64,000 nt of DNA from Patescibacteria group bacterium (GTDB taxonomy: Bacteria > Patescibacteriota > Minisyncoccia > Minisyncoccales > RBG-13-36-15), in contig JAHCSE010000001.1 of NCBI GenBank assembly GCA_018609195.1, forward strand, positions 9,559-73,558, read 5' to 3'. The first letter of the stretch is position 1, and each line of letters opens with the position of its first letter. The notes under the pieces are model-generated. The model was not told the DNA's origin. It did not search any database and saw nothing but the letters and a program-made list of their open reading frames with translations. The position numbers were made by a program, and so were the translations under genes. This document shows positions 44,603-54,077 of this stretch, piece by piece.

Positions 44603-46030
44603 TTAAAATTTGCTTTTCGGCCCCTCAGATCCTGGTTTATACATTTTCAAAGGGGAAAGATTTTTTTGCCAACCTTTTAAAATTTGATCAATAAATCGCC
44701 AGCTATTCAGAGTCTCTCCGGTACTGACAAACAAAGTCTGATCACCCAAAAAAGAATCAATTAAAAGTTTTTCATAGGCTTCTAAAAGTTTTGCTTTGGG
44801 ATAGGCTTCTTGATAAATAAAGTGGAAAGTTTTTTTCTCAATTTCCATTTTTGGTCCTGGCTTTTTGACATTAAAACAATAGGATATGCCTTCTTTAGGT
44901 TGAATTTGAAAACATAAAGTATTTTTATAATGTTCTAACTCAGCTGGTGGACAAAAAAGACAAGGAGTGGTTTGTCTAAAAGTGATTAAAATCTCAGCTA
45001 CGTCCTGGTTTAATTTTTTACCACTTTCTAAATAAATAGGGACTCCCTCCCACCTTGGATGATGTAAAAAAGTCTTGATTTTAAAATAAGTCTCTCTCCG
45101 GGAATGGGGTTTAACTCCTGGGATTTCCAAATAGCCCTGGTATTGCCCTCTTACCGTATTCATTTTAATATCTTTTTTCGTCATTTTGGGGAGATATTTC
45201 AAAATCTCCGCTTTTTTTTCTCTAATCTCTTGGGGAGCTAAGTTAGGAGGAGCATCCATTGTGATTAAAGCCAGCATTTGTAAAAGGTGGTTTTGGCCAA
45301 CATCTCGTAAAGCCCCGAGGGGATCATAGAATAATCCTCTCTTTTCCACACCTTCTTTCTCCAAAAGCCTTATTTCAATTTTTTCAATAAAATCTTTGTT
45401 CCAGAGATTCTCAAAAACTGAGTTGGCAAAACGGAAAACTAATAAATTGGAAATCGTCTCTTTGGCTAAATAATGGTCAATTCGGAAAACCTGAATTTCT
45501 TTAAATAATTTGCCTAAAAGTTGATCCAACTTCTGAGCTCTCTCTAAATCTTGGCCAAAAGGCTTTTCCACCAAAACTCGAGTCCACCCTTCCTCAGGAC
45601 TACAAGGTTGCGTCAAACCGGATTTAGCTAAATTTTTAAAAATTATTTCATAATAATTTGGCGGGACAGCCAAATAAAATAATTTATTGGCACAAGTTCG
45701 AAATTTTCCATCAATGTGGCCTAATTTTTTACCTAGTGCAAAATAGCTTTCCATATTTTCAAAAAGCCCTGGTTGGTAGGAGAATTTTTTCAAAAGATCC
45801 TCAACCTTTGGGCTTTTTTTTAATAAATTTTTTCTTAACCAACCTTGATATTCTTTTTCTGTAAAATTTTCTTTTGCAAAACCAATAACTTGAAACATCT
45901 TTGGCAGAAAACCAGTTTGAGACAAATGCAAAATGCTTGGGAGTAATTTCCTTTCCATCAAATCTCCAGTGGCTCCAAAAATTATTAAAATCGTTGGGAA
46001 ATTTTCTAATTTCCTTTCAAGATTTTTCAT
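44603..46030 (-). CDS. zwf: glucose-6-phosphate 1-dehydrogenase
   Basis: FGATGDLMERKL, RIDHYLAKE and EKPFG motifs. Confidence 0.92.
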   Translation of the reverse strand: MKNLERKLENFPTILIIFGATGDLMERKLLPSILHLSQTGFLPKMFQVIGFAKENFTEKEYQGWLRKNLLKKSPKVEDLLKKFSYQPGLFENMESYFALGKKLGHIDGKFRTCANKLFYLAVPPNYYEIIFKNLAKSGLTQPCSPEEGWTRVLVEKPFGQDLERAQKLDQLLGKLFKEIQVFRIDHYLAKETISNLLVFRFANSVFENLWNKDFIEKIEIRLLEKEGVEKRGLFYDPLGALRDVGQNHLLQMLALITMDAPPNLAPQEIREKKAEILKYLPKMTKKDIKMNTVRGQYQGYLEIPGVKPHSRRETYFKIKTFLHHPRWEGVPIYLESGKKLNQDVAEILITFRQTTPCLFCPPAELEHYKNTLCFQIQPKEGISYCFNVKKPGPKMEIEKKTFHFIYQEAYPKAKLLEAYEKLLIDSFLGDQTLFVSTGETLNSWRFIDQILKGWQKNLSPLKMYKPGSEGPKSKF

Positions 46031-46287
46031 AGATACTTAAGTTCTTTTACGTATGTGAGCCAGGGTTTTATCTCCACTGTCACCTGCTTTCCAGCGAATT
46101 CGTTTCGCTTCATATCTTCTAAAATCTCAGTATTTATCTCGCATTCTTTGCATTCACTCTTTATTGTAATGCCGAATTTACTTCCTGCCCAGCACCAGAG
46201 CGAAGCTCGGTGCTGGGCTAGTCCCGCACCGAAACAAAGTTTCTGGTGCGGGGCCCAGAGATACATTGTAATTTTTACTGATTTCAT
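46027..46287 (-). CDS. small protein (86 aa) carrying an in-frame palindromic GC-rich insertion
   Basis: ATGA overlap with zwf. Residues ~13-35 (APHQKLCFGAGLAQHRASLWCWAG) are encoded by two GC hairpins. Confidence 0.45.
   Translation of the reverse strand: MKSVKITMYLWAPHQKLCFGAGLAQHRASLWCWAGSKFGITIKSECKECEINTEILEDMKRNEFAGKQVTVEIKPWLTYVKELKYL
46186..46258. repeat. double-hairpin GC-rich palindromic element inside a CDS
   Basis: CCCAGCACC-AGAGCGAAGCTC-GGTGCTGGG and CCCGCACC-GAAACAAAGTTTCT-GGTGCGGG. Shares the GCGAAGC motif with module A. Confidence 0.75.
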
Positions 46288-46304
46288 ATTCTAATCCGGA
46301 GTTT

Positions 46305-47420
46305 TTACCCAAAAGTAAATGTAAAGACCTGAAGTCCTGGTGAGTGAATTATTATTTCTAACGTGTGCCATCCGTACTCCTTCCCCGTATCTACAAGATT
46401 ATAGAGTTTTGATTCTTTGACCTTCGCGAATGACTTCCCCTCTTTAAAAAACGAGTCAGCCCCTTTGTTTTGCTCGGTAAGATATTCTCCATCGAGCTTT
46501 ACTTCAAGCGTAATCTCTGAATTTTCTCGATTTTCGAGCACTACATTTACCTTATTGGCCTTGTAGCGAAGGATGAGTTTTCCTTTCTCATCCACAAATT
46601 CTGCAAATTCAGGGTTAATACTCCAAGTGCCCACAAAATAAAAGCGGTTTCGCGCGATGCGCTCAGGTTCTACAAATGTATGTGGTTCATTCGGGCGAAC
46701 ATTTTTATCTTTATTACCAAGATTATTTATGCGCAAATACCCGAGATATATTTCCGGAGTCCCAATTTTTCGGAACTCAACACCAAGAGGTGCTTCTTTG
46801 ATTTCTGAAATTTTGTCAATCGAGAGAAATCCAGCTTCCAAAAGAAGCTGTTGAATTGCTCGTTCGGTTTCTGCATAACGGCCCTCTCCGAAATGATGGT
46901 AACGAATATTTCCATTAACGTCTATCAAATATTCAGCCGGCCAGTATTGGTTTTGAAAGGCATTCCAGGTTTTGTGATCGTTGTCCAAGGCAACGGGATA
47001 TTCCAGATTATATTTGCGAACTTCTTGTAAAACATTTTCCTTCTTTTTTTCAAAATCAAATTCCGGAGAATGAACGCTTAAAAGAACAAAGCCGCTATCT
47101 TTATATTTTCGATGCCACTCCGAAAGATGCGGAAAGGTACGGATGCAGTTAATGCAGGTGTAGGTCCAAAAATCGACCAAAACTACTTTGCCTCTTAGTT
47201 CCTCGAGGGTCAATGGCTCGGAATTAATCCAATCTTCAATACCTACCAACTCAGGTGCCTTTCTTTCAATGGGCAATTTTTGTAATTGCGGAATGGGCAT
47301 GATTCCTTTGAAAGTAATAAGACCTTTTTTATTTAGATATGAAATAGTACCCGCGATCAAAAGAAGCGCTAAAAGAAATAAAAAAATATACCTCATTGAA
47401 GTAATTTGCTTTGCAAACAA
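46305..47420 (-). CDS. membrane-anchored thioredoxin-fold protein with C-terminal beta-sandwich (DipZ C-terminal-like)
   Basis: VVLVDFWTYTCINCIRTFPHL (CxxC) redoxin domain plus about 170 aa of C-terminal domain. Confidence 0.7.
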   Translation of the reverse strand: MFAKQITSMRYIFLFLLALLLIAGTISYLNKKGLITFKGIMPIPQLQKLPIERKAPELVGIEDWINSEPLTLEELRGKVVLVDFWTYTCINCIRTFPHLSEWHRKYKDSGFVLLSVHSPEFDFEKKKENVLQEVRKYNLEYPVALDNDHKTWNAFQNQYWPAEYLIDVNGNIRYHHFGEGRYAETERAIQQLLLEAGFLSIDKISEIKEAPLGVEFRKIGTPEIYLGYLRINNLGNKDKNVRPNEPHTFVEPERIARNRFYFVGTWSINPEFAEFVDEKGKLILRYKANKVNVVLENRENSEITLEVKLDGEYLTEQNKGADSFFKEGKSFAKVKESKLYNLVDTGKEYGWHTLEIIIHSPGLQVFTFTFG

Positions 47421-47429
47421 ATGTGCTTT

Positions 47430-48185
47430 TTAGTTTTCTTGAACCCAATTAAGTTTTGCTATATGCGGAATCCACCCCTCTTTATCGACAGGCATATAGA
47501 TAGCTTCATACGTTTGCCCTGGCTTCAATCTCGGTTTTGGCTTAGGTTCATGATAATAGTAGGGCACCTCCACATCTATATCCGGAAAGCGCCACTTCTG
47601 TAAAAGTGAATAAATACCAGTTACCATTTTCTTGCCATCATTAATCAATAAAAATGATATCCAATAGGGATGCCCCTGCTCTTTTGGCCACGAAAATTCT
47701 GGTTCTTTTTGTTTTGAAATTGAGAGAACATCATTCTTTTGAATTGACGGTAGGGTATCAATTTTACCAAGAACAGTATTAGAGGCGATAATTTTCCTCC
47801 CTTTTCGAGCTCTTATTATGTAATGTGCACGGTCCTTATAATTATCGGTTACAAAGGCATAAAGGGAACCCTCAAACATTGGGAGTAATTTCGCATTAAT
47901 CTTCTTAAACGAATTGTAATTCTTGCAATCTTGATCCTTGCTTAACCTGCATTCCCATAACTCAAAATCTCTCGCTTTCACTGCTGGCCGAAATAGAATA
48001 GTGGTTGGTTCTGATTCACCCTTTTTTAACAAATCTACCTTCCCGCCGTATACACAGGCAAGAATAAATTTTGAACCAAAAAGAATCTTCGCCCGATGCG
48101 CCAAAACAGATTTATACGAAATCCATGCCGCTAACTTAATAAAAGTGCGACCTAAGATATTTTTTGTATCAAAAAGGAAAAACAT
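47430..48185 (-). CDS. hypothetical protein (251 aa)
   Basis: Intact ORF packed between the Trx-fold gene and ccdA. No family recognised. Confidence 0.5.
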   Translation of the reverse strand: MFFLFDTKNILGRTFIKLAAWISYKSVLAHRAKILFGSKFILACVYGGKVDLLKKGESEPTTILFRPAVKARDFELWECRLSKDQDCKNYNSFKKINAKLLPMFEGSLYAFVTDNYKDRAHYIIRARKGRKIIASNTVLGKIDTLPSIQKNDVLSISKQKEPEFSWPKEQGHPYWISFLLINDGKKMVTGIYSLLQKWRFPDIDVEVPYYYHEPKPKPRLKPGQTYEAIYMPVDKEGWIPHIAKLNWVQEN

Positions 48186-48202
48186 TAATACGGATCCTTC
48201 TA

Positions 48203-48979
48203 TTACAAATAATCAAGTATCCGCTCGTAGTCTATAAATTGCAAAGCTCTAAACCCCCAGGAAATTAAGAGCACCATCTTATTAGTAAGAAGCAGGATAC
48301 CAAGGAGGATAAGGAATGCGCCTCCGATAATTTCTACCCAGTGTAAATATCGAGTTATTTTTGTAATCGCAGAGGATACTGCTCCAATACCAGCGGCAAT
48401 AAGTAAAAAAGGGATAGCTAACCCCATAGAGAAAACGAAAAGGAGAAAGCCGCCCTGAAAGGCGGTAGAAGAAGTCGAAGCAAGAAAGAGAATTGCACCA
48501 AGAATTGGTCCCACACATGGTGTCCAGCCAGTGGCAAAAGCTGAACCAAGTAGAGCTGAACTCAATGGATTTCCGCGTCTGACTTGAAAAGGGAGTCTTA
48601 CCTTTCGTTCTTTGCTGAGGAATGAGGTAAGAAAAGGAATCCTGAAAATTCCTAACATAGAGAGACCGAAAAGTATGACAAATACGCCGGCAATACGCGT
48701 GAGCCAAATGCGATAAGCGCCAAAGGCTTGCCCTGCAAGACCTGCTAACGTTCCGAAGAGAACAAAAATAACCGTGACTCCCGCCATAAAAAATAGGCCG
48801 TTCAAAAAAATCTTCCTGCGGGCACTTCTTGCTTTTGTAGGATCTCTGAGTTCTTCAGCAGAGGTTCCACTGATAAAACCTAAATAAGCCGGTATAAGAG
48901 GAAGAGTGCAAGGGGCTAAGAACGTAATAATGCCGGCAATAAAAGCCGGGATAATGAGGGCAATTACTTCAGGGGTCAT
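48203..48979 (-). CDS. ccdA: cytochrome c-type biogenesis/thiol-disulfide transporter CcdA
   Basis: Canonical motifs LAPCTLPLIPAYLGF and WTPCVGPILGA; 258 aa. Confidence 0.85.
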   Translation of the reverse strand: MTPEVIALIIPAFIAGIITFLAPCTLPLIPAYLGFISGTSAEELRDPTKARSARRKIFLNGLFFMAGVTVIFVLFGTLAGLAGQAFGAYRIWLTRIAGVFVILFGLSMLGIFRIPFLTSFLSKERKVRLPFQVRRGNPLSSALLGSAFATGWTPCVGPILGAILFLASTSSTAFQGGFLLFVFSMGLAIPFLLIAAGIGAVSSAITKITRYLHWVEIIGGAFLILLGILLLTNKMVLLISWGFRALQFIDYERILDYL

Positions 48980-49506
48980 AATGCAAAAAGTTGTTGTACC
49001 TTAGATTTCATCTCATCAAAGGTCATGGGGCCCCGCTTATGGAAGAGGATATTTCCTTCTCCATCAACAAAAATTGTCTCTGGCATAGAAAATCCTCCGA
49101 TTGAGCGATAAAAAGAATCTTTGGGATCGAGGAGGAAAATAAGGGTATCTGTCACACCGAGATCATCTGTATAGCTCTTGGTTAGCTCAAGAGATTCAGC
49201 TCGGTCAATTGGAATAATGGTGATTTTATCTCCAAATTCCTGTTGGAGTTTTGCAAAATCCCCCAGTTCCTTAACGCAGAATGGACACCACACTGCCCAG
49301 GAATTTACAATAATGGATTTGCCTTGGAAATCGGAAAGAGCCACTGTGTTGCCACTATAGTCTTTCAAACTGAAATTGGGCGCTGGCTCAGGTTTTGGGG
49401 GCGTAAGAGTTTGAGTATCCTGTTTCTGACCCCCGCCCGAAACTATAAAAAAGATGATAATGGAGGCAAGAATAATAATTCCCACCACTACAAAGATTTT
49501 ATTCAT
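48976..49506 (-). CDS. TlpA/ResA-like membrane-anchored thioredoxin
   Basis: VNSWAVWCPFCVKE CxxC motif and N-terminal TM helix. Overlaps ccdA by 4 nt. Confidence 0.82.
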   Translation of the reverse strand: MNKIFVVVGIIILASIIIFFIVSGGGQKQDTQTLTPPKPEPAPNFSLKDYSGNTVALSDFQGKSIIVNSWAVWCPFCVKELGDFAKLQQEFGDKITIIPIDRAESLELTKSYTDDLGVTDTLIFLLDPKDSFYRSIGGFSMPETIFVDGEGNILFHKRGPMTFDEMKSKVQQLFAL

Positions 49507-49562
49507 AATAAATGCTAAAGCGAACCCACGGATGTATCACATTGCCGTGGGTTTGCTAAGAA

Positions 49563-49721
49563 TTATGCACATCCACCGCAGCCCCCTTTTTCTTTATGAG
49601 TATGTCCGCACTTCGAACATTTTTCCTGACGCTCCGCTCCACAGCAGGTCCCAGGGCTTTCAGTAGACTCTGAACCACAGCCGGGACAAATATGTGTTTT
49701 TTCGGTTGTTTCTTCTGCCAT
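49563..49721 (-). CDS. 8-Cys micro-protein 1 (52 aa), unannotated
   Basis: Own translation: MAEETTEKTHICPGCGSESTESPGTCCGAERQEKCSKCGHTHKEKGGCGGCA. Paralog of 51189..51338. Confidence 0.6.
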   Translation of the reverse strand: MAEETTEKTHICPGCGSESTESPGTCCGAERQEKCSKCGHTHKEKGGCGGCA

Positions 49722-49778
49722 ATTTTATATTTTTTGAAAATTTAATTTTACAATTTTTTCGACCTTTTCTTGGTTGTA

Positions 49779-50834
49779 TTATTTATACAATTCGGTATCT
49801 GGATAAGCTGCCACCCACGAAAACCAAAAAGCAGAAAAGGGATTGATGCGCTCCTCGCTGCCATCTGGCAATATCTTAAACATCCTGATCACATCAAGTT
49901 CTTTATCAGGCCGCAAGATAATAGTGGTATCTTGAAAAACATCCTCTACAGTGCCTTTTTCTTTTACTGCATCAATGTGGTATGCCTTAGCTTCTCCATT
50001 GATAACAATCCCGAATACAAAAGCATCATTAGGAAGTCGGGTATCAGTAGGTTTGGCAAGGGATAATGCCAAGTTTGTAGTTGAAAAATAATCGCCATAA
50101 GGCTTTGAGCCATAAAAGCGAAGAGCTCCCGTATCTTTGGAAAGAATTTCGCCATCAGGATGTAATTTTTTCCAGTTGCCGTAGCGCATCTGGTCTGAGG
50201 GCAATACTTTGAGTTTTGTTCCTGTCATTTCTCCTACAGCGGCTTCTCCCAAAATTTGCGGCCACAGGCTATCTGTCTTCCTATCATACATCACCAAGTT
50301 TGCCTTCCAGAGTTTTCCTGAGGTTCCAAACTCAACTCTCTCCCCTTTTACCAGAGGATCAAATATATACCCAGTGAGACAGAGAGGACAATAAGTAACA
50401 AGAACGCGTTCTCCCTCCACAATATCATTGACGATTTCATGCCAGACAGTAATCTGATAGGGATAAAAACGGTGAGTGTTTCCTCTCGAAAAAGCAATAC
50501 CTGGCTCTTCATCACTTAACCACTGATTTGCCTCTGTAATAGAAATAAACTTTGGATTATCAATAGAGGGAATGCCGTCTTTGGGCGGACCTCCACTAAT
50601 AATTTCTTCCAAAGGTATACTATGTTTAACTCCATCCGTCACCATAATTTCTTTTTCGGTTACCACAATTTCTTTTTCTCCTTCTTTGGTGATAATTTCC
50701 TCTTCTATGAGAACTTTTTCCTCTCGTGTTTCTCCTTTCGGCAGTTCAAACCTTTCTTTTCCAAATCTTTGGAAAATTAAAAAACCTACTCCTAAAAGAA
50801 TTAAAACTAAAATAGCAATATTAATAATCTTCAT
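49779..50834 (-). CDS. DUF3179 domain protein (membrane-anchored)
   Basis: GGPPKDGIPSIDNPKF motif, WHE...VTYCPLC, and an N-terminal TM helix. Confidence 0.7.
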   Translation of the reverse strand: MKIINIAILVLILLGVGFLIFQRFGKERFELPKGETREEKVLIEEEIITKEGEKEIVVTEKEIMVTDGVKHSIPLEEIISGGPPKDGIPSIDNPKFISITEANQWLSDEEPGIAFSRGNTHRFYPYQITVWHEIVNDIVEGERVLVTYCPLCLTGYIFDPLVKGERVEFGTSGKLWKANLVMYDRKTDSLWPQILGEAAVGEMTGTKLKVLPSDQMRYGNWKKLHPDGEILSKDTGALRFYGSKPYGDYFSTTNLALSLAKPTDTRLPNDAFVFGIVINGEAKAYHIDAVKEKGTVEDVFQDTTIILRPDKELDVIRMFKILPDGSEERINPFSAFWFSWVAAYPDTELYK

Positions 50835-50844
50835 TGGAATCTTT

Positions 50845-51099
50845 TTACTTTTTAGCCCACTGTTTTACCCTTTCGTAATCAACTTCGCCACAAATGAAAT
50901 CTTCGTTTGCAGTGTTGAAGAAAAATGGTACTCCCATACACCTCCCCTCCGCATATTCTCTCATTTTTTGAGCACTGTCTTTATTATGCCACACTTCGTA
51001 TTTTTCAACTTTTACCCCTTCTTCTTTCTCTAATCTCTCTATCAAAGGGTGCATATTCATACAATGAGGGCATTCTTCCCCGTAAAATTCCAAAAGCAT
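50845..51099 (-). CDS. small thioredoxin/glutaredoxin-like protein
   Basis: 84 aa; FYGEECPHC CxxC; GVPFF cis-Pro region. Confidence 0.75.
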   Translation of the reverse strand: MLLEFYGEECPHCMNMHPLIERLEKEEGVKVEKYEVWHNKDSAQKMREYAEGRCMGVPFFFNTANEDFICGEVDYERVKQWAKK

Positions 51100-51188
51100 G
51101 AGGTTAAAAAATCTGAAAGGCGCCTTAAAAACGAACCAGTCGCTCAGCTCCTTGTAATGCTTCGTATTAAAAGGCGTCTCAGGCTATT

Positions 51189-51338
51189 TTAAGCTGCGCA
51201 ACACTCTTTGGCGTACTTACCCGAACCACATCCACAAACCTTTTCTCTTGATGCACCACAACACGTTCCTCCTTCTTCACCCTCGGGAGGTGTACTGCCA
51301 CAGCTTTGGCATTTGTACTGGTCTTTTTCTTCAGCCAT
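51189..51338 (-). CDS. 8-Cys micro-protein 2 (49 aa), unannotated
   Basis: Own translation: MAEEKDQYKCQSCGSTPPEGEEGGTCCGASREKVCGCGSGKYAKECCAA. Confidence 0.6.
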   Translation of the reverse strand: MAEEKDQYKCQSCGSTPPEGEEGGTCCGASREKVCGCGSGKYAKECCAA

Positions 51339-51465
51339 AAATTGCTAAAAATTTAACGGTATTTTTGTTTTTTCGACCTTTCCCCGTAGAGAAATTTTGA
51401 CATCCGCCTTTGGCGGAAATAGTGTTTTGTTTAACAAAACACCAGTCAAAATTCTTCTACGGGGT

Positions 51466-51780
51466 TTATTTTAATAATCCTTTAATTTTTTCAGCAAGGG
51501 AGTAGCAAGCCATTCTCCCAATCTTCACCCTTCTTACCAAACCTGCTCTCTCAAGTAAACTCAATTGATGGGAAACAGCGCTTATACTAATATGTAAAAT
51601 TTGTGAAAAGTCAGTAGGACACAATTTTTTATAGTGTTTGAGCAAAAAAATAATTTTAAGGCGGGTGGGGTCAGAACAAAGATAATAAAAACTGCTTTTT
51701 TCTTTAATTTTTTGAGAAAGTTTTGCTAATTCTCTCTGGGAATTTTTGATTTCTCTTCCCTTAAGAAGCATTAATTGCAT
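51466..51780 (-). CDS. ArsR/SmtB-family transcriptional regulator
   Basis: 104 aa; winged HTH (DPTRLKIIFLL...ISISAVSHQLSLLERAGLV). Confidence 0.8.
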   Translation of the reverse strand: MQLMLLKGREIKNSQRELAKLSQKIKEKSSFYYLCSDPTRLKIIFLLKHYKKLCPTDFSQILHISISAVSHQLSLLERAGLVRRVKIGRMACYSLAEKIKGLLK

Positions 51781-51798
51781 ATTTGCTCAACTATTTAA

Positions 51799-51826
51799 AT
51801 ATTATCTGGATAAAAAAACTTGTCAA
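51799..51826 (-). promoter_or_regulatory. promoter of ArsR-1 with TTATC-N2-GATAA inverted repeat in the spacer
   Basis: Minus strand TTGACA-agtttttttatccaga-TAATAT. Confidence 0.5.
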
Positions 51827-51941
51827 GTGGTAGGTTGTGGAAAACTCAACCTTAAGAAATAAAAAGCCACTTTAAAACTTGGGGGTTTAAACTTTTGAAT
51901 CAACATGTTTTTGTCTTATTACTCTTTTTCCTTAAGATTAA

Positions 51942-52799
51942 CTACGGCAGAATTTGAAGTAGCCGTTCGCTTAACGTGATTACAATATTAAAGGCACCCA
52001 TAAGGATGAGGAAAAAGCCTCCTAATAACCTGATAGGTTTCATTTGCCTAACCAATGTTTGTGTCAAGGATTCTCTCGCAAATCCAGCTATAACTGAAAG
52101 TGATATCATGAGCAAAGCCATAACAGTACTTGCAAGTATAAAGACAGTTAAAGCAGAGGATAACCCGCCGCCACTCAAGGCAAAAAGAGAAAGTCCACCA
52201 ACTAAGGGAGCTACACAACCTATCCCAGCTAAAGTATATCCAAATCCAAACATAAAAAATTTACCAAACATTCCGCGGCCTCTTTTCGATATTTCAGTGC
52301 CAAGATGTTCCACTTTTCCTAAACTGACGAATACTTTATTGGTTACCAATGCCAACCCAAGTCCTATCAACAAAACACCAATGATTCGTCTAAACCATAG
52401 CAGTGCCGTTGTTCCTGGTTTAATAAAATTAATAAATGTTTCTCCCAAAAGTCCGATGACAATTCCGAAAAGAATCATAAACGCTAAAAGACCTAATGCA
52501 GCATAGAATCCATTACGAATCAGTTTTCCTCGAGAAAGTACTCGCCCTCCCCCACTCACCACCTCTGTTTGATAAACCAAATAAGATGGGAGGATCGGTA
52601 AAACACACGGATTAAAGAAAGCCGCTATCCCGACACCTAAGCCAGCGACAATAAGCGTAACCAAGGATATATCCGATGGTTTCATAAAACTTTTTGTAGC
52701 CGAAAAGAGGTAAAATCCGATAACTGCTATAACAATAAAAAACACTGCTAAGCCGATGTAAAGTAGAACAGGATGAGTTTTTGTCTGAGTATTATTCAT
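51942..52799 (-). CDS. CcdA/DsbD-like thiol-disulfide transporter paralog
   Basis: 285 aa; FFNPCVLPILPSYLVY and GIGCVAPLVGG motifs. Confidence 0.72.
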   Translation of the reverse strand: MNNTQTKTHPVLLYIGLAVFFIVIAVIGFYLFSATKSFMKPSDISLVTLIVAGLGVGIAAFFNPCVLPILPSYLVYQTEVVSGGGRVLSRGKLIRNGFYAALGLLAFMILFGIVIGLLGETFINFIKPGTTALLWFRRIIGVLLIGLGLALVTNKVFVSLGKVEHLGTEISKRGRGMFGKFFMFGFGYTLAGIGCVAPLVGGLSLFALSGGGLSSALTVFILASTVMALLMISLSVIAGFARESLTQTLVRQMKPIRLLGGFFLILMGAFNIVITLSERLLQILP

Positions 52800-52896
52800 A
52801 GGTACTATTTGAAGTTATAAGCTATTAGTTAATCATTTTAGAACTCGACCTTTGATTTCTTTTTCTTTAACTAATGCCCTCGTGGTTATAATAGGT

Positions 52897-53064
52897 TTAT
52901 TGATGCCTGTCCTGTAGGACGTGCTTATTAATTTCGAGATTGCAGCTTTTGTGTTCTCTGCACCAAGCCTCACATTTCTCTGCCCACTCTTCATCTTCAT
53001 ACTTATATCCACATTCCTCGCATTGATATAATTCTTTGTTTTCTTGTTCTATTTTCTTAACCAT
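52897..53064 (-). CDS. Cys-rich zinc-ribbon protein (55 aa), unannotated paralog of 57515..57700
   Basis: Own translation: MVKKIEQENKELYQCEECGYKYEDEEWAEKCEAWCREHKSCNLEINKHVLQDRHQ. Overlaps the upstream gene by 8 nt. Confidence 0.65.
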   Translation of the reverse strand: MVKKIEQENKELYQCEECGYKYEDEEWAEKCEAWCREHKSCNLEINKHVLQDRHQ

Positions 53065-53332
53065 TTTGGGGAGATAATTCTTTTAATTTTTCTACTAACT
53101 TATTTTTATCAAGCCCTCCAACTGCAAAAAGCTCTCCATTAACGACAATACCAGGCGAAACCATAATACCGTATTCCTGAACCATTTTCTGGCCTTGTTC
53201 AGAAAACATATCAATGTATTCAATTTCCGCATCTGGAAATTGGGGTTTAATTTCTTCTTCTAAAGTTTTCTTTGCCGTGGCACAGTGACTACACCCTGGT
53301 GTTGAAAGTTCTTGAATTTTTATCTTATTCAT
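53057..53332 (-). CDS. small thioredoxin-fold protein (redox-active disulfide protein 2-like)
   Basis: 91 aa; TPGCSHCATAKK CxxC; SPGIVVNGE. Confidence 0.75.
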   Translation of the reverse strand: MNKIKIQELSTPGCSHCATAKKTLEEEIKPQFPDAEIEYIDMFSEQGQKMVQEYGIMVSPGIVVNGELFAVGGLDKNKLVEKLKELSPQNG

Positions 53333-53882
53333 ATTCTCTTAAGGCTTGGAAAGAATTATCTAATATATTATTGACCTTATCCCAATATCCTTGACTGATA
53401 GCATCATTCAACTCCTCTTCAATAAATACTTCGAGAGAGACTCCTCGTTCTGCAAGTCCTTGAGCGAGTATGCTTAATTTGAATTCAATTTCTTGAGGAA
53501 TTTCTGTTACTTGCCCCCGAGAAGTAGTGCCGGTATATGCCTGGTCAGCAAGGATACGAGCAGAATATGCTTGAAAAATTGAAGCATCTATAATTTGTTC
53601 TTTCGTAATGCTCGTAGAATCATATATTACCCAACCAGAATCAGTTCTCGGGTCAGCATCTGCTTGCACAACTCCTGGTATGCCCAATAAGGAATTTACC
53701 ACACTTGAACGACATCCCAGACAAAACATATTGTTAATCTCCAAATCCACCTTCCGAAGGTTTGCTTGGACAACATCTCCTCCAAGAGAAGTATCCTTAC
53801 TGCTGCCACCGAATAGAAACACTCCTCCGATAATTGCCCCCACAATAATTATTGACAATGGTATGAGAAGACTCTTATTCAT
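53325..53882 (-). CDS. membrane-anchored heavy-metal-associated (HMA) domain protein
   Basis: N-terminal TM helix; NNMFCLGCRSSVVNSLLGIPGVVQADAD is an MxCxxC ferredoxin-like metal-binding domain. Confidence 0.65.
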   Translation of the reverse strand: MNKSLLIPLSIIIVGAIIGGVFLFGGSSKDTSLGGDVVQANLRKVDLEINNMFCLGCRSSVVNSLLGIPGVVQADADPRTDSGWVIYDSTSITKEQIIDASIFQAYSARILADQAYTGTTSRGQVTEIPQEIEFKLSILAQGLAERGVSLEVFIEEELNDAISQGYWDKVNNILDNSFQALREYE

Positions 53883-53905
53883 AGAGGTTTAATAATAGTG
53901 TAAGT

Positions 53906-54075
53906 CTACTACATCCCCCAAATAAAAAATATAGTAAACATCCACATGCTTGTTAAAACTAATATTCCGCCTGCAACCTTTTTCATTGTTTCTGTTTTTC
54001 CAATCATTGTTTTGAAAAAAGTGTGCTTACCCTGTCCGATAAATACGGTAACTGCAATAAGAAATAGGGCTTGAA
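53906..54075 (-). pseudogene. orphan 3'-terminal fragment of a CcdA-like gene
   Basis: About 93% identical (about 12 mismatches in ~170 nt by eye) to 55384..55553, the 3' end of 55387..56214. No upstream coding part remains. Confidence 0.8.
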
Positions 54076-54077
54076 AT

